Part shown: positions 18,326 through 29,590 of the stretch, piece by piece
Position numbering within the stretch: the first letter of the stretch is position 1
Layout: every line of letters begins with the position of its first letter
Assembly (NCBI GenBank): GCA_019233975.1
Contig: JAFALY010000033.1
Location: forward strand, 16,602 to 80,601
Direction of reading: 5' to 3'
Origin: Alphaproteobacteria bacterium
GTDB taxonomy: Bacteria; Pseudomonadota; Alphaproteobacteria; UBA9219
DNA: 64,000 bases
The notes under the pieces: model-generated
What the model was told of the DNA's origin: nothing
Databases searched by the model: none
Seen by the model: only the letters and a program-made list of their open reading frames with translations
Made by a program: the position numbers and the translations under genes

Positions 18326-19555
18326 ATGGCGAATTACAAAAACATTACCGCACGCGACAAGAACATTCCACGCACGACCGTTCTGCATCTGACTGCCGAT
18401 CTGGAACCAGATGATTTGTCGCGCGAAGCCGTCGATGCCGCGGTGTTAACGCAGCGCAATGGCTGGCGCGCCCTGATGGTTTCCGCCGGTGGCCGTTACG
18501 TCAACGAAGTCGAACGCGCAGCGGTTCGCCACCGTAACCTGTCGGTCGGCAGCAAGAGCCTGCTCACGCGCTTGATGTGCAGCATGCGATTGGACACAAT
18601 TGTCCAGCAGGAAAGGCCAGCCCTCATTCACGTGCACGGTATGGACGCCCTGTCCTGCGGCATAGCACTGGCGCACAAGAAGCGGCTGCCCCTGATCCTT
18701 AGTTTGTGCCAACCCGTTGCGCCCACTAAGGCTAACCGCAACTTATTCAAGCGCCTGTCCAAGGCTCTTTTTGCGTTGCGCGTCCCCTCGCGCTTTATGG
18801 CCGTGCATCTGCATGACACATTCGGCCTTGATGCAAGCGCTATTAACATCATCCCGCCAGGCGTTGACCTGAACGTACACAGCGCAGGGTTTATAAGTCC
18901 CGAAAGGCTGCACGCGCTTAATCAATTGTGGCGCCTGCCGGAACAGGCCGCCGTGCTTCTTATGCCCATGCCGCTGGCCGATCAGGGTGGACATAGCATA
19001 CTGCTGGAAGCGCTTTCGCTTTTACGGGGTGAAAAGATTTACGCCATTATGGCAGGCAGCGACCGCGCGAACCCCGGCTATCGCGCACAAGTCGAGGCCG
19101 AAATTGTTCGCCGCGGCTTGGATGGTCGTGTCATCATGCCAGAGGAATGTAGTGATCTTCCCGCAGCATGCTGGATGGCGAGCGTGATCGTAGCGCCCAA
19201 CGAAGCGCCGCGCGGCGTTAATCTGTCCGTACTGGCGGCACAGGCGGTTGGCCGCCCTGTCATTGTCACACGCACAGGCGCGCACGAAGAATTTGTTCGT
19301 CAGAATGAGACGGCGTGGATTATTGACACAGGCGATGCCAAACAATTGGCCAATGCTATTCGTGAAGCCATCCACCTACCGACAGACATACGTCTTGCAA
19401 CGGCAGACACAGCGCATAATTTTATTGCCGAGAATTTTCCGCAGAGCGCCTATTACAATGGCATGCGTGAATTATACGACTATCTACTGCATCGCGAGCC
19501 CGCTACTGCGTCACCGCATCCACAAAAGACACAGCAGGCTCAGGCTGCCGCCTGA
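18326..19555 (+). CDS. Glycosyltransferase, GT-B fold (family 4-like)
   Basis: 'VLHLTADLEP' N-terminus and C-terminal GT1 region 'RGVNLSVLAAQAVGRPVIVTRTGAHEEFV'. The track start 18257 is TTG; ATG 18326 is preferred. Confidence 0.75.
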   Translation: MANYKNITARDKNIPRTTVLHLTADLEPDDLSREAVDAAVLTQRNGWRALMVSAGGRYVNEVERAAVRHRNLSVGSKSLLTRLMCSMRLDTIVQQERPALIHVHGMDALSCGIALAHKKRLPLILSLCQPVAPTKANRNLFKRLSKALFALRVPSRFMAVHLHDTFGLDASAINIIPPGVDLNVHSAGFISPERLHALNQLWRLPEQAAVLLMPMPLADQGGHSILLEALSLLRGEKIYAIMAGSDRANPGYRAQVEAEIVRRGLDGRVIMPEECSDLPAACWMASVIVAPNEAPRGVNLSVLAAQAVGRPVIVTRTGAHEEFVRQNETAWIIDTGDAKQLANAIREAIHLPTDIRLATADTAHNFIAENFPQSAYYNGMRELYDYLLHREPATASPHPQKTQQAQAAA

Positions 19556-19557
19556 TA

Positions 19558-20538
19558 TTAAACAACGGGCAATTCGTAGTTAAAGCAGCGCTGATAGAAT
19601 TCAGCGATGGCCGCGCGTTCAGACTCGTCGCATTTATTGAGGAAGCTCAGGCGGAACGCCGTTGCCACATCATCAAAGATGATCGCATTTTCTGCCCATG
19701 AAATAACCGTACGCGGCGACATAACCGTTGAAATATCGCCCTGCATAAAACTGCGGCGCGTCAGGTTCGCAAGCGCCACCATGGCGGCAACCTGCTGACG
19801 CCCCGTTTCATTTGCAAAGTCCGGCACCTTGGCCAGTATGATCGCGCATTCTTGATCTTCCGGCAGATAGTTCAGCGTGGTCACAATGTTCCAGCGGTCC
19901 ATCTGCCCTTGATTAATCTGCTGCGTACCGTGATAGAGGCCCGTCGTATCACCAAGGCCGACTGTGTTGGCAGTTGCAAACAGGCGGAACGAGGGATGCG
20001 GGTGAATAACGCGGTTTTGATCCAGAAGCGTCAGCTTGCCTTCCACCTCCAGCACACGTTGAATGACAAACATGACGTCCGGGCGGCCAGCATCATATTC
20101 ATCGAACACCAGCGCCGTTGCGTGTTGTAGCGCCCACGGCAGAAGACCTTCGCGGAACTCGGTAACCTGCTTGCCTTCTTTCAGAACAATCGCATCCTTG
20201 CCGATCAGATCAATACGGCTGATATGACTGTCGAGGTTGATGCGAACGCAAGGCCAGTTCAAACGCGCGGCCACCTGTTCGATATGCGTGGATTTGCCCG
20301 TGCCATGGTAACCCTGCACCATGACGCGGCGATTGTGTTTGAACCCGGCCAAAATGGCGAGTGTCGTATCGCGGTCAAAGCGGTAGGCCGTGTCGATATT
20401 GGGCACATGTTCGTCCGACTGGCTGAAAGCCGGAACTTTCATATCGCTGTCGATGTTGAAGACCTTGCGGACGTCCAGTTCAATATCAGGCAGGCGCTTT
20501 TCACTGCCGACCGAAGAAACCGCTGCTTTTACCGTCAT
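19558..20538 (-). CDS. cobS: CobS-type AAA+ ATPase (cobaltochelatase subunit CobS homologue)
   Basis: '[44 protein letters not shown]' and '[23 protein letters not shown]' are characteristic of alphaproteobacterial CobS. Confidence 0.85.
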   Translation of the reverse strand: MTVKAAVSSVGSEKRLPDIELDVRKVFNIDSDMKVPAFSQSDEHVPNIDTAYRFDRDTTLAILAGFKHNRRVMVQGYHGTGKSTHIEQVAARLNWPCVRINLDSHISRIDLIGKDAIVLKEGKQVTEFREGLLPWALQHATALVFDEYDAGRPDVMFVIQRVLEVEGKLTLLDQNRVIHPHPSFRLFATANTVGLGDTTGLYHGTQQINQGQMDRWNIVTTLNYLPEDQECAIILAKVPDFANETGRQQVAAMVALANLTRRSFMQGDISTVMSPRTVISWAENAIIFDDVATAFRLSFLNKCDESERAAIAEFYQRCFNYELPVV

Positions 20539-20552
20539 GATTGTATCCTGCT

Positions 20553-21107
20553 TCAGGCTGCGTCTTCGGCATTATAGAGTTGTTTCAGGACAGTGAAAGC
20601 CTGATTGATGCTTTTAAACTTTTCTTCGGTTTCCTGGCTGCCGCCATTGGCGTCAGGGTGGTATTTTTTCACCAGAACACGATATTGGTTTTTGATCTCA
20701 GTGAAGGTAACCGGTGGCGCCAGCTCCAGAATCGCCAGCGCGTCTTTTTCCACCTTTGGCATAGCAGGCGGCGGGGTGAACCCGGCCCCTTCCCCATCAT
20801 AAAATTCATGCATGGTCTGCTCGCGTAATTGCTGTTCGCGCTTTTGCCATTCACCCAGCGGCCAAGTCGGCCGTTCCCAAACCGTGGCGTCGCGAATGTA
20901 ATGCTCGATCTCTGAACCGCTCATACCCGCGAAAAAGTCCCAATTGCGGTTGTATTCGCGTACATGCTCAAGACAAAAGTGGTAATAATCTTTCAAATCA
21001 CGCGATTTCGGAGCGCGGTAATCCCCCGGCGACATACACCCCGGACAATCGCACCCCTGTACGGCAACCGGACGATCCGGTTCAAAAAATGTCGAGAAAC
21101 TGCGCAT
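20553..21107 (-). CDS. J-domain (DnaJ-like) protein
   Basis: N-terminal Cys cluster 'CDCPGC...[12 protein letters not shown]'. C-terminal J-domain '[15 protein letters not shown]' (HPD motif). The start at ATG 21107 avoids overlap with bolA; the track ORF extends to 21278. Confidence 0.75.
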   Translation of the reverse strand: MRSFSTFFEPDRPVAVQGCDCPGCMSPGDYRAPKSRDLKDYYHFCLEHVREYNRNWDFFAGMSGSEIEHYIRDATVWERPTWPLGEWQKREQQLREQTMHEFYDGEGAGFTPPPAMPKVEKDALAILELAPPVTFTEIKNQYRVLVKKYHPDANGGSQETEEKFKSINQAFTVLKQLYNAEDAA

Positions 21108-21173
21108 GCAACTACCAATTGCCGAAAGGGCCATTCTATCACATATTTTTGCCAATGCCTTAAAGGAGTTCGC

Positions 21174-21443
21174 ATGAAATCGCCGACCTATGCCCAACGT
21201 ATCGAGCAAAAACTTACAGCAGCGCTGGCACCCAGCCTGTTGATTGTCGAAGATCAATCTGCCCGGCATTCCGGGCATTCAGGCAGCAGGCCGGAAGGAG
21301 AAACTCATTTTGCCGTCACAATCGTGTCTGCTCAATTTATAGGCAAATCCCGCATTGAGCAGCACAGGATGATTCACAATATCTTGGCTGAAGAACTTAA
21401 TGAGCATGTCCACGCACTGGCTCTAACCTGCAGATTACCCTGA
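21174..21443 (+). CDS. bolA: BolA-family protein
   Basis: AAGGAG Shine-Dalgarno before the ATG at 21174. 'LLIVEDQSARHSGHSG...HFAVTIVSAQFIGKSRIEQHRMIHNIL'. Confidence 0.8.
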   Translation: MKSPTYAQRIEQKLTAALAPSLLIVEDQSARHSGHSGSRPEGETHFAVTIVSAQFIGKSRIEQHRMIHNILAEELNEHVHALALTCRLP

Positions 21444-21550
21444 ATGTTTTATACGGTTGTGTTTTTTGTGTTGTGCAACCATTACGTGTAATGTATGAAT
21501 ACAACCCATGGATGTATTCCCGCAATGCATACTCTTCTATGGAGAACAAC

Positions 21551-22018
21551 ATGCAGGTAGTTAATCAATCCAGTATCGCCGTTGTTAAGCCTCTTAAAAT
21601 GCAAAAAGCCAAGCCAACCATCAACAGTACGCTTGTCAGTCGTAACGTCACCGTTTGTGGACATAGAACCAGCGTTCGCCTTGAACCAGATATGTGGCGT
21701 GGCCTTATTGAAATCTGCAATCGGGAGAAGACCAATCAGCACAAAGTATGCAGCATGATTGCCGAAGCCAAACCCGAAGCCACATCCCTGACTGCAGCTA
21801 TACGCGTATTCATCATGTCCTATTTCCGCGCTGCTGCGACAGAGGATGGGCACAACCGCGCCGGACACGGGCACGGCATGCTCGGCAATACGATAGAAAA
21901 TATCACCCGTGCGCCCGTTGCCTCCCCCACTGCCATAAACGGCACCATGGCGCGCGTAACATCGACCATGCCCTATATCATTGGCGCCAGCATCAAGTCG
22001 CCGCCTGTGAATCGTTGA
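21551..22018 (+). CDS. Ribbon-helix-helix-like small regulator with a Gly/His-rich tail (RHH_4-like)
   Basis: 'VSRNVTVCGHRTSVRLEPDMWRGLIEICNREKTNQHKVCSMI' resembles the alphaproteobacterial RHH_4 family. GGAGAA lies before the ATG at 21551. The start is uncertain (21473 or 21539 are also possible). Confidence 0.55.
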   Translation: MQVVNQSSIAVVKPLKMQKAKPTINSTLVSRNVTVCGHRTSVRLEPDMWRGLIEICNREKTNQHKVCSMIAEAKPEATSLTAAIRVFIMSYFRAAATEDGHNRAGHGHGMLGNTIENITRAPVASPTAINGTMARVTSTMPYIIGASIKSPPVNR

Positions 22019-22098
22019 TAAGTCCTTATTGCCAAGTTGAAAAAGTCTGCCTAGTCTCTGCTTTCTTGAACCCGATCAACAAAGCAGAGACTTTTCTT

Positions 22099-22257
22099 AT
22101 GGGACATGACGTTTCGCGGCACAGTTTATTAAACGTGACCATTCTGGCAGCCATGGTTGTCTTTCTGGGCGGTTTGATATGGCTTGCTGGTTCGCACATT
22201 GCCCCGCCCAAGCAGAAGGTCGAACAAACCATCCCTGATGAACGTATTCCCCGCTAA
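22099..22257 (+). CDS. Possible 52-aa single-pass membrane protein
   Basis: The ATG at 22099 gives 'MGHDVSRHSLLNVTILAAMVVFLGGLIWLAGSH...'. There is no clear Shine-Dalgarno. It overlaps the next gene's start by 20 nt. Confidence 0.35.
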   Translation: MGHDVSRHSLLNVTILAAMVVFLGGLIWLAGSHIAPPKQKVEQTIPDERIPR

Positions 22258-24178
22258 GCGACTGGTTCCGGCCCTATTAGGTCTTGCTGTTCTGTGCAAC
22301 ACAGTGACGGCGCTCGCTCAGTCAAACGACAGAGCCGCCAGCTTCATGATCGATGCACAGGCACCTGTTGCACAAGATCCGGCCAAGGCGCCACCGCTAG
22401 CCCTCATGCCAGCACCGGTAGTTTCCACGACACCAGCGACGACAGAATCTACGGGTATAGGAACAGCCGCACCGGCTACTGCGAAATCAACGGCCACTGC
22501 CAGCCCTGCGGTCGATTTGGGGCAACCTGTCACGACTACGGCTTTGTCTGAAGTCAAACCGGACTCAATCGGCCTACTGGATAACGGCAAGGAAGGCCTT
22601 GGCGCGACGATGTGGAAAGGCACATCACGCAGCTTTGTCACCACGCTGTTACCTGCAATTAATTTGCCCACCCCTTCCCCGACCTTGAACAGCCTAGCGC
22701 GCCGCCTGTTGCTGACAACCGCGACGGCACCCGAAGGCGAAGATAACAAAAGCCTGACGCTAACGGCCGCCCGCGCAGAAGCTTTGGTTTCTTTGGGATA
22801 CGCTGGTGAGGCGTGGAAGCTGACGCAGCTCGCCAAGGCCGATCAGTTTGATGAGATCACCTACAGCCAGATTGCCGAGGCCGGGCTGGTCACGCCATCA
22901 ATTGCTGACGATGTCTGCGCCCGTCTGTCTGATATCATGAAATCACGCAGCAGCCTTGAATGGCAGAAGCCACTAGCCATATGCCAGTTGCGCGCCAAAG
23001 ATACCAAGGCCGCCCAAGTTGCTGTTGATTTGCTGCGCGCACAGGGCGATAAGGACGACACCTTTGCCTCAATTATCGAGAAAAATATCATTGGCGGCGG
23101 CAAGCAGTTGCCACGCCAACTGACGCCGCTTAAGGCCACAACATTGGCATTGATCCGCATGACCGAACTGCCCCTGCGTGATGAGGTCTATGCCCGCTCG
23201 GAGCCTGCCCTTTTCTCGGAATTGATGCAGACGAAAGCCAGCAGCCCCTATTCCCTTACAAGTATGGCCGAGCAAATGGCGCGTCACGGCCTGGCCACGG
23301 CTGACACGTTAAAAGCCGCCTATCAAACCGCCGCCACAATACAGGATGATCCGCAAACGACCCTGTCTACACGCGACCGCGACATAAGATCGCGCGCCAT
23401 CCTGTTTCAGGCCTACCTGCAAGTCAAAGATCCCAAGGAACGGATCGCCAAAGCTGCCGAGTTGCTGGATGCACAAGACGCGGCAACCCGTAACGGGGCT
23501 TTCTCTGGAATGATCGCAGACACCCTCAGCGACCTTGCGCCCAGCGCAGACTACAACGCGCTGGCCGGTAATATGGCCGAAGTGCAGATTTTTGGCGGCA
23601 AACCGGACTTTGCCCTTGCATGGCTGAAGCAGGCGCGCATTGCCGGTATTGGCATTCCCGCTGTCGCTGATGCTTTGCGTAATCTGTGGCCGGTTATCGC
23701 CATATCCGGTTTTGAGTCAGAGGCTGATTTCAACCGCCATCTGGCCGAGTGGGAAGATCATATGCTGATCCCGCCAGATGATGGTCGTACGGATCTGCGT
23801 GATCTGAAATTAAGTATTCAAAACATCCTGCAAATTGTCGAAGCGGCTGGCTTCACAATCCCGGACGACGCCTGGGTTAAATGCTTTACGCCGCCAGAAC
23901 TTGATAAGCGCGCCTACCCCAGCGCTTATAGCCTCAGCCGCCTGCAGCGCGCTGCCGCCGCAGGCCGTCGCGGTGAAACGGTTTTAGCGGCCTTGTCTGT
24001 GGTCAGTCCGTTTGCAAAGTCAAACAGCAGCAACCCGAACGCCAGCGAACCGCCAGTCTATGCCTGGGTTGCCGTTATCACAGCCCTGCGTCAGGTCGGG
24101 CTGAACAGCGATGCAGCTCTGTTGGCGAAAGAAGTTATGGGCAGGCTTATGGAAAAGCCCGCCGCACAAGCCCGCTAG
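22238..24178 (+). CDS. Large secreted/periplasmic protein of unknown function
   Basis: The ATG at 22238 gives signal peptide 'MNVFPAKRLVPALLGLAVLCNTVTALAQS'. This is followed by an Ala/Pro/Thr-rich linker and a long helical region. No recognisable catalytic motif. Confidence 0.7.
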   Translation: MNVFPAKRLVPALLGLAVLCNTVTALAQSNDRAASFMIDAQAPVAQDPAKAPPLALMPAPVVSTTPATTESTGIGTAAPATAKSTATASPAVDLGQPVTTTALSEVKPDSIGLLDNGKEGLGATMWKGTSRSFVTTLLPAINLPTPSPTLNSLARRLLLTTATAPEGEDNKSLTLTAARAEALVSLGYAGEAWKLTQLAKADQFDEITYSQIAEAGLVTPSIADDVCARLSDIMKSRSSLEWQKPLAICQLRAKDTKAAQVAVDLLRAQGDKDDTFASIIEKNIIGGGKQLPRQLTPLKATTLALIRMTELPLRDEVYARSEPALFSELMQTKASSPYSLTSMAEQMARHGLATADTLKAAYQTAATIQDDPQTTLSTRDRDIRSRAILFQAYLQVKDPKERIAKAAELLDAQDAATRNGAFSGMIADTLSDLAPSADYNALAGNMAEVQIFGGKPDFALAWLKQARIAGIGIPAVADALRNLWPVIAISGFESEADFNRHLAEWEDHMLIPPDDGRTDLRDLKLSIQNILQIVEAAGFTIPDDAWVKCFTPPELDKRAYPSAYSLSRLQRAAAAGRRGETVLAALSVVSPFAKSNSSNPNASEPPVYAWVAVITALRQVGLNSDAALLAKEVMGRLMEKPAAQAR

Positions 24179-24187
24179 ACACAGACA

Positions 24188-24664
24188 TTATACGAACGCA
24201 ACGCGCGTAATGTCGTACGATTTGGCACCCTTCGGTGTGTTGACCTCAACCGTGTCATCCACGCCTTTACCGATAAGAGCGCGCGCCAACGGTGCAGTGA
24301 CGGAAAGCAGGCCGGCCTTGATGTCGGCTTCGTCTTCACCCACGATTTGATAAATGACTTCTTCGTCCGTGTCGGCGTCAATAACCGTCACAGTCGCGCC
24401 GAATTTTACGGTTTTGCCAGTCAGTTTCGACACGTCAATCACGTCCGCGTGGCTGATTTTATATTCCAGCTCTTCAATACGGCCTTCGATAAAGCTCTGA
24501 CGTTCACGGGCTGCGTGATATTCCGCGTTTTCGGACAAGTCGCCATGTTCGCGCGCTTCGGCAATTGCCTTCACGACGGCGGGGCGTTCAACACCCTTCA
24601 GGTTCTTTAGTTCTTCTTCGAGCTTGTCAAAGCCCAGCTTGGTCATCGGAATTTTGTCACTCAT
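24188..24664 (-). CDS. greA: Transcription elongation factor GreA
   Basis: '[57 protein letters not shown]'. Confidence 0.95.
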   Translation of the reverse strand: MSDKIPMTKLGFDKLEEELKNLKGVERPAVVKAIAEAREHGDLSENAEYHAARERQSFIEGRIEELEYKISHADVIDVSKLTGKTVKFGATVTVIDADTDEEVIYQIVGEDEADIKAGLLSVTAPLARALIGKGVDDTVEVNTPKGAKSYDITRVAFV

Positions 24665-24667
24665 GGC

Positions 24668-24886
24668 TCAGCCCTCGGAAACCTTTCTAAAACGGGGCAT
24701 TGTCTGCCCGTCAATTACAACGTCTTCGCAAAACATCTTGAGCGGCCGTATATACAAACCATGGTCATCATAAAGGGCCCGATAAACCACCAGACGTTCG
24801 CGCGTTTCGGAATGCGTCGCGACTTCGAACACCCAGTAATTCTTCCCTTTGTAATGCCGGTATAGGCCAGCTTCGATCTCTTGCAT
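24668..24886 (-). CDS. DUF1653-like small protein
   Basis: 'YRHYKGKNYWVFEVATHSETRERLVVYRALY'. AGGTGAGG Shine-Dalgarno upstream. Confidence 0.7.
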   Translation of the reverse strand: MQEIEAGLYRHYKGKNYWVFEVATHSETRERLVVYRALYDDHGLYIRPLKMFCEDVVIDGQTMPRFRKVSEG

Positions 24887-24895
24887 GCCTCACCT

Positions 24896-24939
24896 ACAAA
24901 AGCAGCCTGTTGCGACACCCGTTAGGGGGCCGACACAGG
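24896..24939 (-). terminator. Possible intrinsic terminator/attenuator downstream of carB
   Basis: Minus-strand imperfect hairpin CCUGUGUCGGCCCCC-UAAC-GGGUGUCGCAACAGG followed by CUGCUUUUG. The stem contains bulges. Confidence 0.3.
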
Positions 24940-24947
24940 CCTTGTAT

Positions 24948-27900
24948 TCAGGATGCCTTAAGATAGCGCTGCAGCGACTGAACTTCAAGACTGCCGGATT
25001 GCATCGCCGCAATGGCTTCTATCGCGGCCCGGGCGCCCGGAATTGTCGTATATTGGGCAACACCCCGTGCCAAGGCTACACGACGGATACTGAATTTATC
25101 CTTCAGCATCGCGGGGCCTGAAGCGGTGGTGTTAATGATCATCTGAACGTCACCGTTAATGATCGCGTCACCGATATGCGGTTGCCCCTCATGGACTTTG
25201 TTAACGCGGCGGACGGGTACACCAGCTTCCTGCAGCGCGGATGCAGTACCAGCGGTCGCAATGATGTCAAAGCCCAGATTGATAAGCTGCCAAGCCATCA
25301 GGATAACCGCAGATTTATCTTTATCCTTTACCGAAATGAAGCACGTACCCTGTGACGGCAGGCGCACGCCCGCACCCAATTGAGCCTTGGCATAGGCGCG
25401 TGCAAAGTTGCGGTCCATACCCATGACTTCGCCGGTTGAGCGCATTTCCGGCCCCAGAATAACATCCACGCCAGGAAAGCGATTGAACGGAAACACGGGA
25501 GACTTCACAGACAGATGTGATGGCAAAACGGTATTCAGATTAAAGCTGGACAGCTTTTCACCCGCCATAATGCGTGCCGCAATCTTGGCAATCGGTTGCC
25601 CTGTTGCTTTGGCCACAAACGGTACTGTGCGGCTGGCGCGCGGGTTGACTTCCAGAATGTAAATCGTGCCGTCTTTGACCGCGAATTGAACATTCATAAG
25701 GCCAACAACGCCAATGGCGCGCGCTAGTTGCTCAGCCTGTTTGCTGATTTCACTGACAATCGGCGCAGGCAGCGAATAAGGCGGCAGGGCGCATGAGCTG
25801 TCGCCCGAATGAATGCCCGCCTCCTCGATATGTTCCATCACTCCGGCGACATAGACGCTGTCTGCATCGGCAACGACATCAACATCAACCTCGATCGCGT
25901 CCTGCAGATAATGGTCGATCAACACCGGGTTGGTACCGGATACATAAACCGCTTTCTGCACATAGCGGCGCAAGGCCTCCACGTCGTAGACGATTTCCAT
26001 GGCCCGCCCACCCAGAACATAAGAAGGACGCACAACGACGGGGTAACCAATAGATTGAGCGACTGCTTCCGCTTCGGCAACGTTGCGAGCAAGTCCATTC
26101 GGCGGTTGCTTCAACGCCAGTTTTTGCAGCAAGACCTGAAAACGTTCGCGATCTTCGGCCAGATCGATGGCATCAGGCGTCGTACCAAGAATGGGAATAC
26201 CCGCATCCTGTAGCGCGTGCGCAAGCCTCAGCGGCGTTTGCCCACCAAATTGTACAATAACGCCCAGCAACGTGCCGTTGCTTTGTTCCTTACGCACGAT
26301 GGCAATGACATCTTCGTCCGTCAGCGGTTCGAAGTAGAGACGATCAGCCGTATCATAATCCGTCGATACGGTTTCCGGATTGCAGTTGACCATAACGGTT
26401 TCATAACCGGCGGCACGGAGCGCCATCACCGCATGCACGCAGCAATAGTCGAATTCGATCCCCTGCCCGATGCGGTTCGGCCCGCCACCCAGTATGACAA
26501 CCTTCTTTTTGTCACTCGGCTGCGCTTCACACGCAGGTGTGTGCAGCCCATCCCCTTCATAGGTGGAATACAGATACGGCGTGGTCGAAGCAAATTCCGC
26601 CGCGCAGGTATCAATACGCTTGAACACGGGAGCGAGATTATGCTTTGCCCGCAAGGCTTCCACATCAGATGTGCGAATATTGGCCAGCCTGGCCAGGCGC
26701 GCATCGCTGAACCCCATATGTTTGAGCGCCTGTAAGCCTTCGGCATCCTGCGGTAGCCCCTGCTCACGCACCTTCTCTTCCGTGGCAACAATCGTGGCGA
26801 TCTGATCCAAGAACCAGATATCGAATTTGCAAGCTGCATGGATTTGCTCAACCGACAAACCGCGGCGCAATGCTTCGGCCACAGCCAGAATGCGTTCCGG
26901 CGTCGGTTGCGACAACATGCTGAGCACAGTATTCACATCCGCATCTTTCAACGAACGAAGCTCATCAAAACCTGACAGTCCGACTTCAAGACCGCGCAAG
27001 GCCTTTTGCACGGATTCCTGCCAGTTGCGACCAATTGCCATCACTTCACCAACCGACTTCATGGCAGTGGTCAAGGTTGGCTCTGTGCCCGGGAATTTTT
27101 CAAACGCAAAGCGCGGGATTTTTGTGACGACATAATCGATGGTCGGCTCAAACGACGCAGGCGTGACGCGCGTAATATCGTTCTTCAGTTCATCCAGCGT
27201 ATATCCAACAGCAAGCTTGGCCGCGATTTTTGCAATGGGAAAACCTGTCGCCTTGCTTGCTAGCGCCGAAGACCGGCTGACGCGCGGGTTCATTTCGATC
27301 ACGACCATGCGGCCATCGGTGGGGCTGACGCCAAACTGAACATTCGAACCACCGGTATCAACACCGATTTCGCGCAATACCGCAATCGAAGCGTCACGCA
27401 TAATCTGATATTCTTTATCGGTCAGCGTCAGTGCAGGCGCCACCGTGATACTGTCACCCGTATGGACGCCCATAGGGTCCACATTTTCAATGGAACAGAT
27501 GATAATACAGTTGTCGTTCCGGTCACGAACGACTTCCATTTCATATTCTTTCCAACCAAGAACGGATTCTTCAATCAATACTTCGTTCACCGGGCTGGCG
27601 GCAATACCGCCTGCAACGATTTCTCTGAACGTATCTTTGTTATACGCAACACCGCCGCCCGTACCACCGAGCGTAAAGCTGGGACGAATGATGGCAGGCA
27701 AACCGACTTCTTCCAATGCCGCCTGCGCCTCTTCCATGCTCTTGACCACATGGCTTTTGGGACAGGACAGGCCGATTTTGGTCATCGCTTCACGGAACTT
27801 GAAGCGATCTTCGGCCTTTTCAATCGCTTCCTGATTGGCGCCGATCAGCTCAATTCCCAAGCGTTCAAGCGTGCCGTTTTTCGCCAGTGCCAGCGCTGTA

Positions 27901-28190
27901 TTCAATGCCGTCTGGCCGCCCATGGTCGGCAATAATGCGTCCGGTCGTTCATGTTCCAGAACCTTGGCGACCATGTCTGGCGTTATCGGCTCGACATAGG
28001 TTGCATCAGCCAATTCCGGGTCAGTCATGATCGTCGCCGGATTAGAGTTGATGAGGATAACGCGATACCCTTCTTCGCGCAGCGCCTTACAGGCCTGCAC
28101 ACCTGAATAGTCAAACTCGCAAGCCTGTCCGATGATGATCGGGCCTGCGCCAATGATGCAGACGGATTTAATATCAGTACGTTTGGGCAT
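24948..28190 (-). CDS. carB: Carbamoyl-phosphate synthase large subunit
   Basis: 1080 aa. '[42 protein letters not shown]', duplicated ATP-grasp halves and a C-terminal MGS-like domain. Confidence 0.97.
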   Translation of the reverse strand: MPKRTDIKSVCIIGAGPIIIGQACEFDYSGVQACKALREEGYRVILINSNPATIMTDPELADATYVEPITPDMVAKVLEHERPDALLPTMGGQTALNTALALAKNGTLERLGIELIGANQEAIEKAEDRFKFREAMTKIGLSCPKSHVVKSMEEAQAALEEVGLPAIIRPSFTLGGTGGGVAYNKDTFREIVAGGIAASPVNEVLIEESVLGWKEYEMEVVRDRNDNCIIICSIENVDPMGVHTGDSITVAPALTLTDKEYQIMRDASIAVLREIGVDTGGSNVQFGVSPTDGRMVVIEMNPRVSRSSALASKATGFPIAKIAAKLAVGYTLDELKNDITRVTPASFEPTIDYVVTKIPRFAFEKFPGTEPTLTTAMKSVGEVMAIGRNWQESVQKALRGLEVGLSGFDELRSLKDADVNTVLSMLSQPTPERILAVAEALRRGLSVEQIHAACKFDIWFLDQIATIVATEEKVREQGLPQDAEGLQALKHMGFSDARLARLANIRTSDVEALRAKHNLAPVFKRIDTCAAEFASTTPYLYSTYEGDGLHTPACEAQPSDKKKVVILGGGPNRIGQGIEFDYCCVHAVMALRAAGYETVMVNCNPETVSTDYDTADRLYFEPLTDEDVIAIVRKEQSNGTLLGVIVQFGGQTPLRLAHALQDAGIPILGTTPDAIDLAEDRERFQVLLQKLALKQPPNGLARNVAEAEAVAQSIGYPVVVRPSYVLGGRAMEIVYDVEALRRYVQKAVYVSGTNPVLIDHYLQDAIEVDVDVVADADSVYVAGVMEHIEEAGIHSGDSSCALPPYSLPAPIVSEISKQAEQLARAIGVVGLMNVQFAVKDGTIYILEVNPRASRTVPFVAKATGQPIAKIAARIMAGEKLSSFNLNTVLPSHLSVKSPVFPFNRFPGVDVILGPEMRSTGEVMGMDRNFARAYAKAQLGAGVRLPSQGTCFISVKDKDKSAVILMAWQLINLGFDIIATAGTASALQEAGVPVRRVNKVHEGQPHIGDAIINGDVQMIINTTASGPAMLKDKFSIRRVALARGVAQYTTIPGARAAIEAIAAMQSGSLEVQSLQRYLKAS

Positions 28191-29413
28191 CAGGCTGCCT
28201 TTCTTGCGCTTTTATGCGCTTCGATCATATCGACGAAGCGTTTGAATAGGTAATGGCTGTCATGCGGTCCGGGCGAGGCCTCGGGGTGATACTGCACCGA
28301 AAAGACCGGGCTGTCTTTCAGGCGCAGACCTTCGTTGCTGCCGTCGAACAGACTGACATGAGTGACTTCTGCCGTAGATGGCAGGCTTTCAGGTAACACA
28401 CAGAAGCCGTGGTTTTGGCTGGTAATTTCAACCTTGCCGGTTTGTAGATCCTTTACCGGGTGATTGGCGCCGCGATGCCCGCGCGGCATCTTCGTGGTTT
28501 TTCCGCCAAGCGCGAGCGCCAGTATCTGATGTCCAAGACAAATACCAAATAGAGGGATTTTCTTTTCCAGAACCGCCTTGATCGTGGGCACCGCATAGAT
28601 GCCTGTCGCGGCAGGATCACCTGGACCATTTGACAGGAAAACGCCATCCGGCTTTAACCCCAGCAATTCATCCACCGTTATCGTGGCAGGCACAACAGTC
28701 ACACGACAGCCAGCGTTAACCAGGCAGCGCAGGATATTTTGCTTTGCGCCATAATCAACGGCAACAACATGGTGGCGCAAGTTATTGGGGGCGCGCATGT
28801 GCGCGGCCTTGCGCTCCGGAAACCATTTCCAGACATTTTCACGCCATTCATAGGATTCTGCACAGGTCACTTCCTTGGCCAGATCCATGCCCTCCAGACC
28901 GGGCCAGGCGCGCGCCTGCTTAATAAGCGCATCAACGTCGATATCACCCTTACTATGGCAAATAACCGCATTCGGCGCGCCACCATCGCGGATACGGATC
29001 GTCAGCGCGCGCGTATCCACGCCCGACAGACCAACCAGCCCATTGCGATCCAGCCAATCTTCCAGATGACCAGCCGCCCGCCAATTAGCAGGTGACGTAA
29101 TGTCTTCACGCAATACCACGCCGCGCACGGACGGTTTTACCGTCTCAATATCCTGCATGTTGATGCCAACATTACCGATATGCGGGAAAGTGAAGGTGAT
29201 AATCTGCCCTGCATAACTGGGGTCGGTCGTAATTTCCTGATAGCCGGTCATGGAGGTGTTAAAGCAAAGCTCCCCCACCGTGATGCCCTCGGCCCCTATA
29301 CCTTTTCCCCAAAATACCGATCCATCTGAAAGAACAAGAACCCCTGTGGCATGTGCAGGGCGAGGCTGTGGCGCGCGCATACGGTCGCGCGGTTCCGATG
29401 GTGATCCGGTCAT
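28190..29413 (-). CDS. carA: Carbamoyl-phosphate synthase small (glutaminase) subunit
   Basis: '[18 protein letters not shown]' (catalytic Cys) and '[15 protein letters not shown]'. The stop overlaps the carB ATG by one base (TGATG). Confidence 0.95.
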   Translation of the reverse strand: MTGSPSEPRDRMRAPQPRPAHATGVLVLSDGSVFWGKGIGAEGITVGELCFNTSMTGYQEITTDPSYAGQIITFTFPHIGNVGINMQDIETVKPSVRGVVLREDITSPANWRAAGHLEDWLDRNGLVGLSGVDTRALTIRIRDGGAPNAVICHSKGDIDVDALIKQARAWPGLEGMDLAKEVTCAESYEWRENVWKWFPERKAAHMRAPNNLRHHVVAVDYGAKQNILRCLVNAGCRVTVVPATITVDELLGLKPDGVFLSNGPGDPAATGIYAVPTIKAVLEKKIPLFGICLGHQILALALGGKTTKMPRGHRGANHPVKDLQTGKVEITSQNHGFCVLPESLPSTAEVTHVSLFDGSNEGLRLKDSPVFSVQYHPEASPGPHDSHYLFKRFVDMIEAHKSARKAA

Positions 29414-29590
29414 GATCCTCTACTATGTCTGGGAGCCGTTTGCTTTAGCTCAAACGAGAAGAGACTATGCCTATTCCACCCCCGGTTTGCAATCGTAAAA
29501 TAGTCCCTATTTTCCAGCAAAACGCGACGGTTCCGTTCCTACCCCCCTGTGCTATAAAAGCAGACGTCTTTTTGGAACGGTTGATTCTCC

